DNA from: an uncultured Bordetella sp.
GTDB lineage: Bacteria > Pseudomonadota > Gammaproteobacteria > Burkholderiales > SG8-39
Reading direction: 5' to 3'
Assembly: GCA_964564865.1 (NCBI GenBank)
Contig: CAZMDA010000002.1
Span: 33,375-97,374, forward strand
Length of the DNA: 64,000 bases
In this document: in pieces, positions 1 to 7,113 of the stretch
How the letters are laid out: the number at the start of each line of letters is the position of its first letter
Position numbering within the stretch: position 1 is the first letter of the stretch
Made by a program: the position numbers and the translations under genes
The notes under the pieces: generated by a model
Databases searched by the model: none
Told to the model about the DNA's origin: nothing
The model's input: the letters and a program-made list of their open reading frames with translations, nothing else

Positions 1-46
1 CGCCAACCCGGAGGTGCGCGCCGCCTACCTCGGGGAGGAGATCTGA
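1..46 (+). CDS. 3' end of a LivG-like branched-chain amino acid ABC transporter ATP-binding gene, truncated by the window edge
   Basis: Frame starting at base 2 reads ANPEVRAAYLGEEI then TGA at 44-46. This stop overlaps the ATG at 46-48 of the next ABC ATPase (TGATG). The C-terminal ..AYLG.. ending is typical of LivG-type proteins. Confidence 0.5.
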   Translation, partial: ANPEVRAAYLGEEI

Positions 47-747
47 TGCTCGCCGTCGAGGGCCTGGAGACCAGCTACGGCCTGTCGCAGGTGCTGTTCG
101 GCGTCGACCTGAAGGTCGACGCCGGCGAGGTGGTCACCCTGCTGGGCCGCAACGGCATGGGCAAGACCACCACCGTGAACAGCATCATGGGCATCGTCCG
201 GGGCCGGGCCGGGAAGGTGGCCTTCGAGGGCCGCGAGCTGCGCGGCGTCGCCTCCTACAAGGTGGCGCAGGCGGGCCTGGGCCTGGTGCCGGAGGGCCGG
301 CAGGTGTTCCCCAACCTCACGGTGCGCGAGAACCTGGTCGCCACGGCGGCCAACCGCACCGGCCGCGCCTCGCCCTGGACGCTGGAGCGGGTGTACGCGC
401 TGTTCCCGAACCTGCGCGAACGGGCCGCGAACTACGGCAACCAGCTCTCCGGCGGCGAGCAGCAGATGCTCGCCATCGGCCGCGCGCTCATGACCAACCC
501 GAAGCTGCTGATCCTGGACGAGGCCACCGAGGGCCTCGCGCCGCTGATCCGCAACGACATCTACCGTTCCATCGCCGCGCTCAAGGACGAGGGCCTGTCC
601 ATCCTGGTGATCGACAAGGACGTCAAGGCGCTGACGCGCGTCGCCGACCGGCACTACGTGCTGGAGAAGGGCAAGGTGGTCTGGAGCGGCACCTCGCCGG
701 AACTGGCGGCGCAGGAAGACCTCCAGCACCGCTACCTCGGCGTGTAG
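46..747 (+). CDS. livF: branched-chain amino acid ABC transporter ATP-binding protein (LivF-like)
   Basis: 233-aa ORF with Walker A GRNGMGKTT, signature LSGGEQQM and Walker B LLILDEATEGL. The start overlaps the upstream stop. Confidence 0.85.
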   Translation: MLAVEGLETSYGLSQVLFGVDLKVDAGEVVTLLGRNGMGKTTTVNSIMGIVRGRAGKVAFEGRELRGVASYKVAQAGLGLVPEGRQVFPNLTVRENLVATAANRTGRASPWTLERVYALFPNLRERAANYGNQLSGGEQQMLAIGRALMTNPKLLILDEATEGLAPLIRNDIYRSIAALKDEGLSILVIDKDVKALTRVADRHYVLEKGKVVWSGTSPELAAQEDLQHRYLGV

Positions 748-752
748 GACCT

Positions 753-2138
753 TCAGTACAGCTCGAAGTACTCGCGCTGTTCCCAGTCGGTGACTTCGAG
801 GTTGAAGCGCGCGATCTCGGCTTCCTTGATGCGGCAGAAGTAGTCGACGAAGGTCGCGCCGACGCCTTCCTTGAGCGCTTCGTCCCCGCGCAACGCGCCG
901 ATGGCATCCTCCAGCGAAGCCGGCAGCGCCTTGCCGCGCTTGTCGTAGGGCGTCTCGGCCGGCGGGCCGGGGTCGAGCCTGCGCTTCACGCCGTCCATGC
1001 CCGCCACGATCTGCGAGGCGAAGTAGAGGTACGGGTTGGCCGCCGGCTCGCCGATGCGGTTCTCGATGCGCGAGGCGGGGTCGCCCGGCCCGCCCAGCAC
1101 GCGGATCATGACGCCGCGGTTGTCCCGGCCCCAGAGGATGCTGTCCGGGGCGAGGGCATAGGGCCGGTAGCGCTTGTAGCCGTTGATGGTGGGCGTGGAG
1201 AACACGGCGCTCGCGCGCGCATGCTCGATCAGGCCGCCCAGGAACTGCATGCCGAGCGGCGACAGGACCGCGCCCGCGCCCGGCATGAAGGCGTTGCCGC
1301 CATCGGCCGCGCGCAGCGACTGGTGCAGGTGCCAGCCGCTGGACATCAGGTTCGGCAGCTTGGGCCGGCACATGAACGTGGCGTGGTAGCCGTGGCGGCG
1401 CAGGATCTGCTTGGTGGCGCTGCGGAACAGCACCATGGCGTCGGCCGCCGCGAGGCCGTCCATGGCGCCCAGCGTCACCTCGACCTGGCTCGGGCCGTAT
1501 TCCATTTCGTAGGAGCGCAGCGGCAGGCCGAGGCCGGCCAGGTTGGCGCGCAGGATCTCGAGCGCCGCCTCCATCTGGTCGTAGCGCAGCTCGGACAGCA
1601 GGTGATAGCCGTTGGCGAGCAGCGCCACCTCGGGCGGCGTGCCGGGCTGGCCGGCATCCTCGGGCCGCAGGCGCGGGTCGAGCAGCCGGAAGATGTGGAA
1701 CTCGATCTCCAGCCCCGCGAGGAAGCCGTAGCCGGACTGCTTGAGCGCCGCCAGCGACCGGTGCAGCAGCCCGCGCGTGTCGAAGGGCACCGGCTTGCCG
1801 TTGGGAAAGCGCAGGTCGCACAGCACCCAGCCGGTGCCGGGCGCCCAGGGCAGCACCTTGAAGGTCCGGGGATCGGCCACCATCACCGCGTCGGCCGCGC
1901 CCTGCAGCTCGGGAATGTCGAAGCCGGCGCCGGCGGAGAACACCGGGAACACGGTCTTGCCCGAGGTGTCCTTCATCAGCAGCGAACTGGGGAAGCCGAC
2001 GCCGTTCGCGAGCGCGGAGGCCACTTCCGCCGCGGCAACGGCCTTCACGTGCAGCAGGCCGTGCTGGTCCGCGAAGGCGAAGCGCACGGTCTCGAGGCCG
2101 CGGGCGGCGACCTCCTTCAGGAGTTCCTTGGCGTCCAC
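753..2138 (-). CDS. glutamine synthetase family protein (gamma-glutamyl-amine ligase-like)
   Basis: This is the last 461 codons of the 753..4211 ORF. An in-frame GTG at 2138 lies 5 nt downstream of the Rieske gene stop at 2144. GS-like blocks present: GLEIEFHIF, FMCRPKLPNLMSSGWHLHQSL, NRGVMIRV, IENRIGEPAANPYLY. Confidence 0.85.
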   Translation of the reverse strand: MDAKELLKEVAARGLETVRFAFADQHGLLHVKAVAAAEVASALANGVGFPSSLLMKDTSGKTVFPVFSAGAGFDIPELQGAADAVMVADPRTFKVLPWAPGTGWVLCDLRFPNGKPVPFDTRGLLHRSLAALKQSGYGFLAGLEIEFHIFRLLDPRLRPEDAGQPGTPPEVALLANGYHLLSELRYDQMEAALEILRANLAGLGLPLRSYEMEYGPSQVEVTLGAMDGLAAADAMVLFRSATKQILRRHGYHATFMCRPKLPNLMSSGWHLHQSLRAADGGNAFMPGAGAVLSPLGMQFLGGLIEHARASAVFSTPTINGYKRYRPYALAPDSILWGRDNRGVMIRVLGGPGDPASRIENRIGEPAANPYLYFASQIVAGMDGVKRRLDPGPPAETPYDKRGKALPASLEDAIGALRGDEALKEGVGATFVDYFCRIKEAEIARFNLEVTDWEQREYFELY

Positions 2139-2143
2139 GCGGG

Positions 2144-3460
2144 CTAGGCGGCCTTCGCGTTCCAGGGCGCGCGCGAGCGGCGCGCCGCGTCGGCTTCCTT
2201 GTAGTACTCCTCCCAGCGCCCGGTGGGGCCGATGCCGTCCACCGCCGGCGGCCCGGTGAGCGAGGCGGCCTGCGCGGCGTCCAGCATCATCATCGTCTTC
2301 TCGCCCTTCGCGGTCTTGTTGATGGCATCCACCAGCAGGCGCCGGTAGAGCACGATGCCCTTGTCGGTGGTGCCGAGGTTCTCCCTGGTGCGGTCGGCGA
2401 TGCGCCCGGGCGACTCGCAGGCGAACTGGTCGTGGATGTTGATGTCGAAGCCCATCCCGGTGTAGGTGGCCTTCCTCTGCTGCTCGGCGTCGAAGCCCCA
2501 GCCGGTGTCCCGGTTGTGGACCGGCTTGTAGTCCGGCGCCGGGTAGGTCTTCAGGCGCTGCTCGCGCATGGTCTTCTTGTCCACCGGCGCGGTGAAGCTG
2601 GTGAAGATGGAGAACCAGTAGCAGCCGTAGTCGTCCACCGGCACGTGCCACTGCGTGATGGTCATCTCCGCGTTCATCGGGATGACGAAGGCCTGCGGGA
2701 ACAGGATGTGCGTGGAGCGGCCATGCGTCTTGTGCTCGTCGATGCGGCGCAGCGTGACCAGGCGGATGCCGTAGTCGGTCCTCGCCACCGTGATTTCCGG
2801 CCGGTCGTACTCGCGCAGCACCTTGGTGATGGGGAGCTCGGAATCCGAGGGCCGGCCGCGGAACTGCTTGCCGTAGCTCGCGGCGGGATCCTCGTCCTCG
2901 AAGTAGCGGTGCAGGAACGAGGCGTGCGCGGGGTCGATGCCCACCTCCAGCGCCTGCAGCCAGTTGCAGTCCCAGTAGCCCTTGAAGGCGAAGGTGTGCG
3001 ATTCCGGCGCGGTGAAGCAGTCGAAGTGCGGGAACGCCGAGGGCTCGCCGGCGCCCAGCCACGCGAACAGGATGCCGCTGCGCTCCACCACGGGATAGGC
3101 GCGCTGCCGGATGTGCTCGCACAGCCGGCTGCCGGCGGGCTCGGCCGGCGTCTCCAGGCACTTGCCCTCGACGTCGAACAGCCAGCCGTGGAACGCGCAG
3201 CGCAGGCCGCCGTCCTCCCGGCGCCCGTAGGCGAGGTCCGCCTGGCGGTGCGGGCAGCGCCGGTCGAGCAGCCCGTAGCGGCCGCGCTCGTCCCGGAACA
3301 GGACGAAGTCCTCGCCCAGCAGCGTGCGCGCGAGCACCGGGCGGTCGCCCTGGAGCTCGTCCACGAGGGCCACCGGCTGCCAGTAGTTGCGCAGCAGCTT
3401 GCCGGCCGGGGTGCCGGGGCCGACGCGGGTCATGAGGTCGTTCTGTTCGGCGCTGATCAT
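2144..3460 (-). CDS. Rieske (2Fe-2S) aromatic-ring-hydroxylating oxygenase alpha subunit family protein
   Basis: 438 aa from ATG 3460 (MISAEQNDLMTRVGPGTPAG..). Rieske motif CPHRQADL..CAFHGWLF and mononuclear iron block DPAHASFLH are present. The upstream part of the track ORF (to 3829) is antisense to the Bug gene and was discarded. Confidence 0.85.
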   Translation of the reverse strand: MISAEQNDLMTRVGPGTPAGKLLRNYWQPVALVDELQGDRPVLARTLLGEDFVLFRDERGRYGLLDRRCPHRQADLAYGRREDGGLRCAFHGWLFDVEGKCLETPAEPAGSRLCEHIRQRAYPVVERSGILFAWLGAGEPSAFPHFDCFTAPESHTFAFKGYWDCNWLQALEVGIDPAHASFLHRYFEDEDPAASYGKQFRGRPSDSELPITKVLREYDRPEITVARTDYGIRLVTLRRIDEHKTHGRSTHILFPQAFVIPMNAEMTITQWHVPVDDYGCYWFSIFTSFTAPVDKKTMREQRLKTYPAPDYKPVHNRDTGWGFDAEQQRKATYTGMGFDINIHDQFACESPGRIADRTRENLGTTDKGIVLYRRLLVDAINKTAKGEKTMMMLDAAQAASLTGPPAVDGIGPTGRWEEYYKEADAARRSRAPWNAKAA

Positions 3461-3548
3461 GGTTGGCTCGCAAATTGCATCGTCTGCACGCGAAAAACTG
3501 CTCGATAATTCCATTATAGACAGGACCGATCCCGTCCAAGGAGAACCC

Positions 3549-4496
3549 GTGAAGCTCGCCAAGCTGCTCTGCGTCCTTGCTGTCCTCGGCGTCGCCCAGG
3601 CCCATGCCCAGGGCTTTCCTTCCAAGCCGATCCGCATCGTGGTGCCGTTCCCGCCCGGGGGCAGCACCGACGTCATCGGGCGGCGCATCGCGGAGAAGTT
3701 CCAGGCCTCCATGGGCCAGCCGGCGATCGTCGAGAACAAGCCGGGCGCGGGCGGCGCCGTCGGCGCCGCGGAGGTGGCGCGCGCCGCGCCCGACGGCCAC
3801 ACGCTGCTGGTCGGCGTCACCGGCTCCAACGCGGTGAGCTACTCGCTCAACCCCAAGCTGCCCTACCAGCCGAAGGACTTCGCGCCGGTGTCGCTGGTGG
3901 TCTCGGCGCCGCTCACCATCGTGGTCGGCCCGTCGGTGGCGGCGAGGAACCTGAAGGAGCTGGCGGCGCTGAACCAGGCCCTCAACCACGGCACGCCCGG
4001 CAACGGCACCTCGATGCACCTCACCGCGGAGATGTTCAACCTCGCCGCGGGCACCAAGTTCGTGCACGTGCCCTACAAGGGGACCGCCGCGGCGCTGAAC
4101 GACCTCATCGGCGGCCAGATCCAGATGATGTTCGGCGACTTCCTCATCACGCTGCCGCAGGTGAAGGCGGGCAAGATCCGCGCGCTGGCGGTGACCTCGG
4201 CGCAGCGCCATCCGCTGCTGCCGGAGGTGCCGACGGTGGCCGAGGCGGGCTACCCGGGCTTCGAGGCGCTGTCCTGGCAGGGCCTGTTCGCGCCGGCGGG
4301 CACGCCGGCCGCGGTGCTGTCGAAGCTCAATGCCGAGCTGGTGAAGGCCATCGGCGCCCCGGACATGAAGGAGTACTTCGCCACGCAGGGCTTCTTCGTC
4401 GGCGGCAACTCGCCCGAGGAGTTCCGCGCCTTCGTCGACCGGGAGATCCCGAAATGGGCGCAGATCATCAAGTCGGCCAACGTGACGCTGAACTGA
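3549..4496 (+). CDS. Bug family tripartite tricarboxylate transporter substrate-binding protein (TctC-like)
   Basis: GTG 3549 is preceded by AAGGAG at 3538-3543. Signal peptide VKLAKLLCVLAVLGVAQAHA, then the family hallmark KPIRIVVPFPPGGSTD and later VPYKG. Confidence 0.85.
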   Translation: MKLAKLLCVLAVLGVAQAHAQGFPSKPIRIVVPFPPGGSTDVIGRRIAEKFQASMGQPAIVENKPGAGGAVGAAEVARAAPDGHTLLVGVTGSNAVSYSLNPKLPYQPKDFAPVSLVVSAPLTIVVGPSVAARNLKELAALNQALNHGTPGNGTSMHLTAEMFNLAAGTKFVHVPYKGTAAALNDLIGGQIQMMFGDFLITLPQVKAGKIRALAVTSAQRHPLLPEVPTVAEAGYPGFEALSWQGLFAPAGTPAAVLSKLNAELVKAIGAPDMKEYFATQGFFVGGNSPEEFRAFVDREIPKWAQIIKSANVTLN

Positions 4497-4500
4497 TCGC

Positions 4501-5256
4501 CTAAGGCTGCAGGAACGCCGCCATCAGCGCGGCGACGCGCCCGGGGCACTCGATCAGCAGGGCGTGGCGCATGCCGGCGAGGATCTCCAGCCGCGAGCCG
4601 GCGATGCGCTGGTGCATCAGCCGCGCCATGCGCGCGGTGGCGGCGGCGTCGAATTCGCCGGCCACCACCAGCGTCGGCGCGCGGATCTCGCCCAGGCGCT
4701 CGACGAAGTCGCCCTTCGCGAACACCGCGAAGGCGTGCAGGTAGGACACCGGGTCGCAGGCCATGAACTGGCGCACGCGCGCCTCCACCGCCTCCGGGTG
4801 CTCGCGCCGGAAGGCGTCGCTGAACCAGAACTCGCGGTTGCCGGCGGCGATCGCCGCCAGGCCCTTCTCGCGCACCACCTCGATGCGCGCCGCCGAGCGC
4901 GCCTGTTCCTCCGGCGTGCGCCCCGCGACCGTGGCGACCAGCACCAGCCTGTCGACGCGCTCGGGCGCCTCCAGCGCGATGGCCTGCGCGATCAGGCCGC
5001 CGAGCGAGAAGCCGGCGATCGACGCCTTGCGCACGCCCAGCTCGTCCATGACGTCGGTGACGTCGCGCGCCAGGTCCTGCACCGTCACCGGCGAGCCGAT
5101 CAGGGGCGAGCGGCCGTGGCCCCGCAAGTCCACGCGGATGGTGCGGAAGCGCCGCGGCAGCGCGGATACCACGCCGTCCCACATCCCGCCGTCGCCGCCC
5201 ACGCCGTGCACCAGCACCAGCGGCTCGCCTTCGCCCTCGGCGCGGTACGCGATCAC
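4501..5256 (-). CDS. alpha/beta hydrolase (3-oxoadipate enol-lactonase-like)
   Basis: 251 aa from in-frame GTG 5256, which overlaps the stop of the upstream small gene (GTGA). Contains HGVGGD, nucleophile elbow GFSLGG and a late His (GMRHALL). Confidence 0.8.
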   Translation of the reverse strand: MIAYRAEGEGEPLVLVHGVGGDGGMWDGVVSALPRRFRTIRVDLRGHGRSPLIGSPVTVQDLARDVTDVMDELGVRKASIAGFSLGGLIAQAIALEAPERVDRLVLVATVAGRTPEEQARSAARIEVVREKGLAAIAAGNREFWFSDAFRREHPEAVEARVRQFMACDPVSYLHAFAVFAKGDFVERLGEIRAPTLVVAGEFDAAATARMARLMHQRIAGSRLEILAGMRHALLIECPGRVAALMAAFLQP

Positions 5257-5504
5257 CCGCCGATCGCCTTCCTGAGCGCGGCGAGCTCGCCGGGGACGGA
5301 CGGTTGGGCCGGGAACGGGCGCTTCGCCTCGCCGTACCAGTAGCGGGCGTTCGGCAGGTCGCCCTCGAGGATGTGGACGATGCCGTGCGCCCAGCAGGCG
5401 AGCGCCGAGTCCTCGTCGCGCTGGACGATGGCGTGCGCGGCCTGCCAGTCGCCGCGCGCCAGGTGCGCGAGCGCGTCGGAAAGCTCGGTGGTCGAAAGCG
5501 GCAT
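5253..5504 (-). CDS. small conserved hypothetical protein (83 aa)
   Basis: ATG 5504 (MPLSTTELSDAL..). GC-rich third codon positions. The stop is translationally coupled to the hydrolase start. I recognised no catalytic motif. Confidence 0.55.
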   Translation of the reverse strand: MPLSTTELSDALAHLARGDWQAAHAIVQRDEDSALACWAHGIVHILEGDLPNARYWYGEAKRPFPAQPSVPGELAALRKAIGG

Positions 5505-5526
5505 CGAATAGAATCCCCGGCGCAAA

Positions 5527-5546
5527 ATACCACGGGATACCACGGG
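5527..5546. promoter_or_regulatory. tandem 10-bp direct repeat ATACCACGGG x2 in a roughly 50-nt divergent promoter region
   Basis: Read directly from the sequence. It lies between the minus-strand start at 5504 and the ABC ATPase gene. Confidence 0.4.
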
Positions 5547-5596
5547 ACCCTCGCCTGCTCCGCCTCAAAGACGTCTCCAAGCGCTTCGGTTCGCGG

Positions 5597-6214
5597 GTGC
5601 TCCTCCAGGGCGTATCGCTGGAGCTGGGCGAGGGCGAGTACGCCGCCATCGTCGGCGAGTCCGGCATCGGCAAGTCCACCCTGCTCAACATCATCGCCGG
5701 GCTGGAGCCGGCGGACGGGGGCAGCGTGCTGGTCGGCGAGGCCGACCTCGCCGCCATGGACGACGATGCGCGCACGCTGCTCAGGCGCGAGCAGTTCGGC
5801 TTCGTGTTCCAGGCCTTCCACATCCTGCCGCACCTCACCGTGGCGCAGAACGTCGGCCTGCCGCTGCTGCTGCGCGGCCGGCCGCAGGCGGAGATCGACG
5901 CCCGGACCGCCGACCTGATGGCCGCGGTGGGGCTGGCCGGGCGCGAGGCCAGCGCGCCGCGGGAGCTCTCGGGGGGCGAGCTGCAGCGCGTGGCCATCGC
6001 GCGCGCCCTGGTGGGCGACCCGAGGCTGGTGCTGGCGGACGAGCCGACCGGGAACCTGGATCCGGAGAACGCGCGCGGCGTGCTGGCGCTGCTGCGGGAG
6101 CAGGTGAAGGGGCGGGGGGCGGCCGGGATCCTCGTCACGCATTCCGAGGCCGCCGCCGCCGGGTGCGACAAGCGCTTTCGCCTGACCGCGCGCGGGCTCT
6201 CGCCGATTCCCTAG
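5597..6214 (+). CDS. ABC transporter ATP-binding protein (LolD/YbbA-like), orphan; true start probably upstream
   Basis: Walker A GESGIGKST, signature LSGGELQR, Walker B LVLADEPTGNLD. The first ATG/GTG/TTG is GTG 5597, only about 20 residues before Walker A. The open frame continues upstream as L(CTG 5555)LRLKDVSKRFGSR, which is the usual first strand of ABC ATPases. Confidence 0.75.
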   Translation: MLLQGVSLELGEGEYAAIVGESGIGKSTLLNIIAGLEPADGGSVLVGEADLAAMDDDARTLLRREQFGFVFQAFHILPHLTVAQNVGLPLLLRGRPQAEIDARTADLMAAVGLAGREASAPRELSGGELQRVAIARALVGDPRLVLADEPTGNLDPENARGVLALLREQVKGRGAAGILVTHSEAAAAGCDKRFRLTARGLSPIP

Positions 6215-7113
6215 GCGACGCGGTTCGCCAGCGCTTCGCCGCGCGCCAGGCGGCGGGCATTCTCCAGCGCCAGCCCCAGGCTGCGCGCGATCGTCTCCGG
6301 CGTGAGCCAGGCGAGGTGGGGCGAGGCGACCACGTTGGGCAGGGCGAGCAGGGGGTGCGCCGGGTTCACCGGCTCCTCGCCGAACACATCCAGGCCGGCG
6401 GCGCGCAGGTGGCCGGAGCGGAGGGCTTCCAGCAATCCGGCTTCATTCACCAATCCGCCCCGGGCGGTGTTGACGAGGATGGCGCCTTTCTTCATCCGGC
6501 GCGGATCGATCATGCCGCTCGTTTCGCTGGTCAAAGGCACATGGAGCGAGACGATGTCGGATTGCGAGAGCACGGTTTCGAGGTCGGCAGAAGACGCCGA
6601 CCTCGACCAGTAGAAAACCGTGCAGCCCATCGCCTCGAGGATCGCTTTGAGGATCTTGGGAACGGCGCCATAGCCGACCAGGCCTACGGTCCGGCCGCCC
6701 AGTTCGCCGAAACTGTCCTGCAGGTTCCAGGCTTCCAGCCAGCCTCCGGGCTTCCGCACCGCGGCATCCAGCTCGCGAATCCTTCTCAGGCAGGCGAGCA
6801 TCAGCAGCAGCGCCATCTCCGCCACCGCGCGGCTGTTGGTGCCCGGCAGGTTGCACACCGCGATGCCGCGCGCCTTGCAGGCCTCGACGTCGATGGTGTT
6901 CACGCCGCTGCCGATCTTGTGCACCAGGCGCAGCTTCGGCGCGCGGGCGATGACTTCCGCGGTCACCGGCTTGAGGACGTGCCAGAGGACTTCCACCTCC
7001 GGCAGCAGGCGGGCGAATGCGGCGTCGTCGCTCTCGGGGCAGAGCTCGACGCCCATGCCGGCCAGCTGCGAGCGCAGCGCGGCGCTGCCGTCGAAGTGGA
7101 ACACGATCTTCAT
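6211..7113 (-). CDS. D-isomer specific 2-hydroxyacid dehydrogenase family protein (hydroxypyruvate/glyoxylate reductase or PGDH-like)
   Basis: 300 aa from ATG 7113 (MKIVFHFDGS..). NAD motif GLVGYGAVP, and RGGLVNE..HLRAAGLDVF..PHLAW. The ATG overlaps the enolase-like stop (ATGA at 7110-7113). Confidence 0.85.
   Translation of the reverse strand: MKIVFHFDGSAALRSQLAGMGVELCPESDDAAFARLLPEVEVLWHVLKPVTAEVIARAPKLRLVHKIGSGVNTIDVEACKARGIAVCNLPGTNSRAVAEMALLLMLACLRRIRELDAAVRKPGGWLEAWNLQDSFGELGGRTVGLVGYGAVPKILKAILEAMGCTVFYWSRSASSADLETVLSQSDIVSLHVPLTSETSGMIDPRRMKKGAILVNTARGGLVNEAGLLEALRSGHLRAAGLDVFGEEPVNPAHPLLALPNVVASPHLAWLTPETIARSLGLALENARRLARGEALANRVA

Noticed and set aside
25-1821. 598-aa minus-strand ORF overlapping livF and the GS-like gene
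   Set aside because: The product is an Arg/Ala/Pro/Gly-rich low-complexity translation with no motifs. It lies out of frame over two well-supported genes. This is a typical shadow ORF of high-GC DNA.
3505-3517. ATAATTCCATTAT dyad (T-N11-A-like) in the Rieske/Bug divergent region as a LysR-type operator
   Set aside because: It is a plausible motif in an AT-rich promoter region. However, no LysR-family gene is nearby and such short AT dyads arise easily, so the support is too weak to list as a feature.
2139-4211. Upstream extensions of the track ORFs 753..4211 (1152 aa) and 2144..3829 beyond the starts I chose
   Set aside because: The extra N-terminal parts are low-complexity and run antisense through the Rieske and Bug genes. 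Family-typical N-termini and coupled start/stop signals occur at 2138 and 3460.
4250-6171. 630-aa and 556-aa minus-strand ORFs spanning the hydrolase, small gene and ABC ATPase region
   Set aside because: Only the last 251 codons of the 556-aa frame look like a real protein (an alpha/beta hydrolase). The remainder and the 630-aa frame are Arg/Pro-rich antisense translations of the ABC ATPase and Bug genes.
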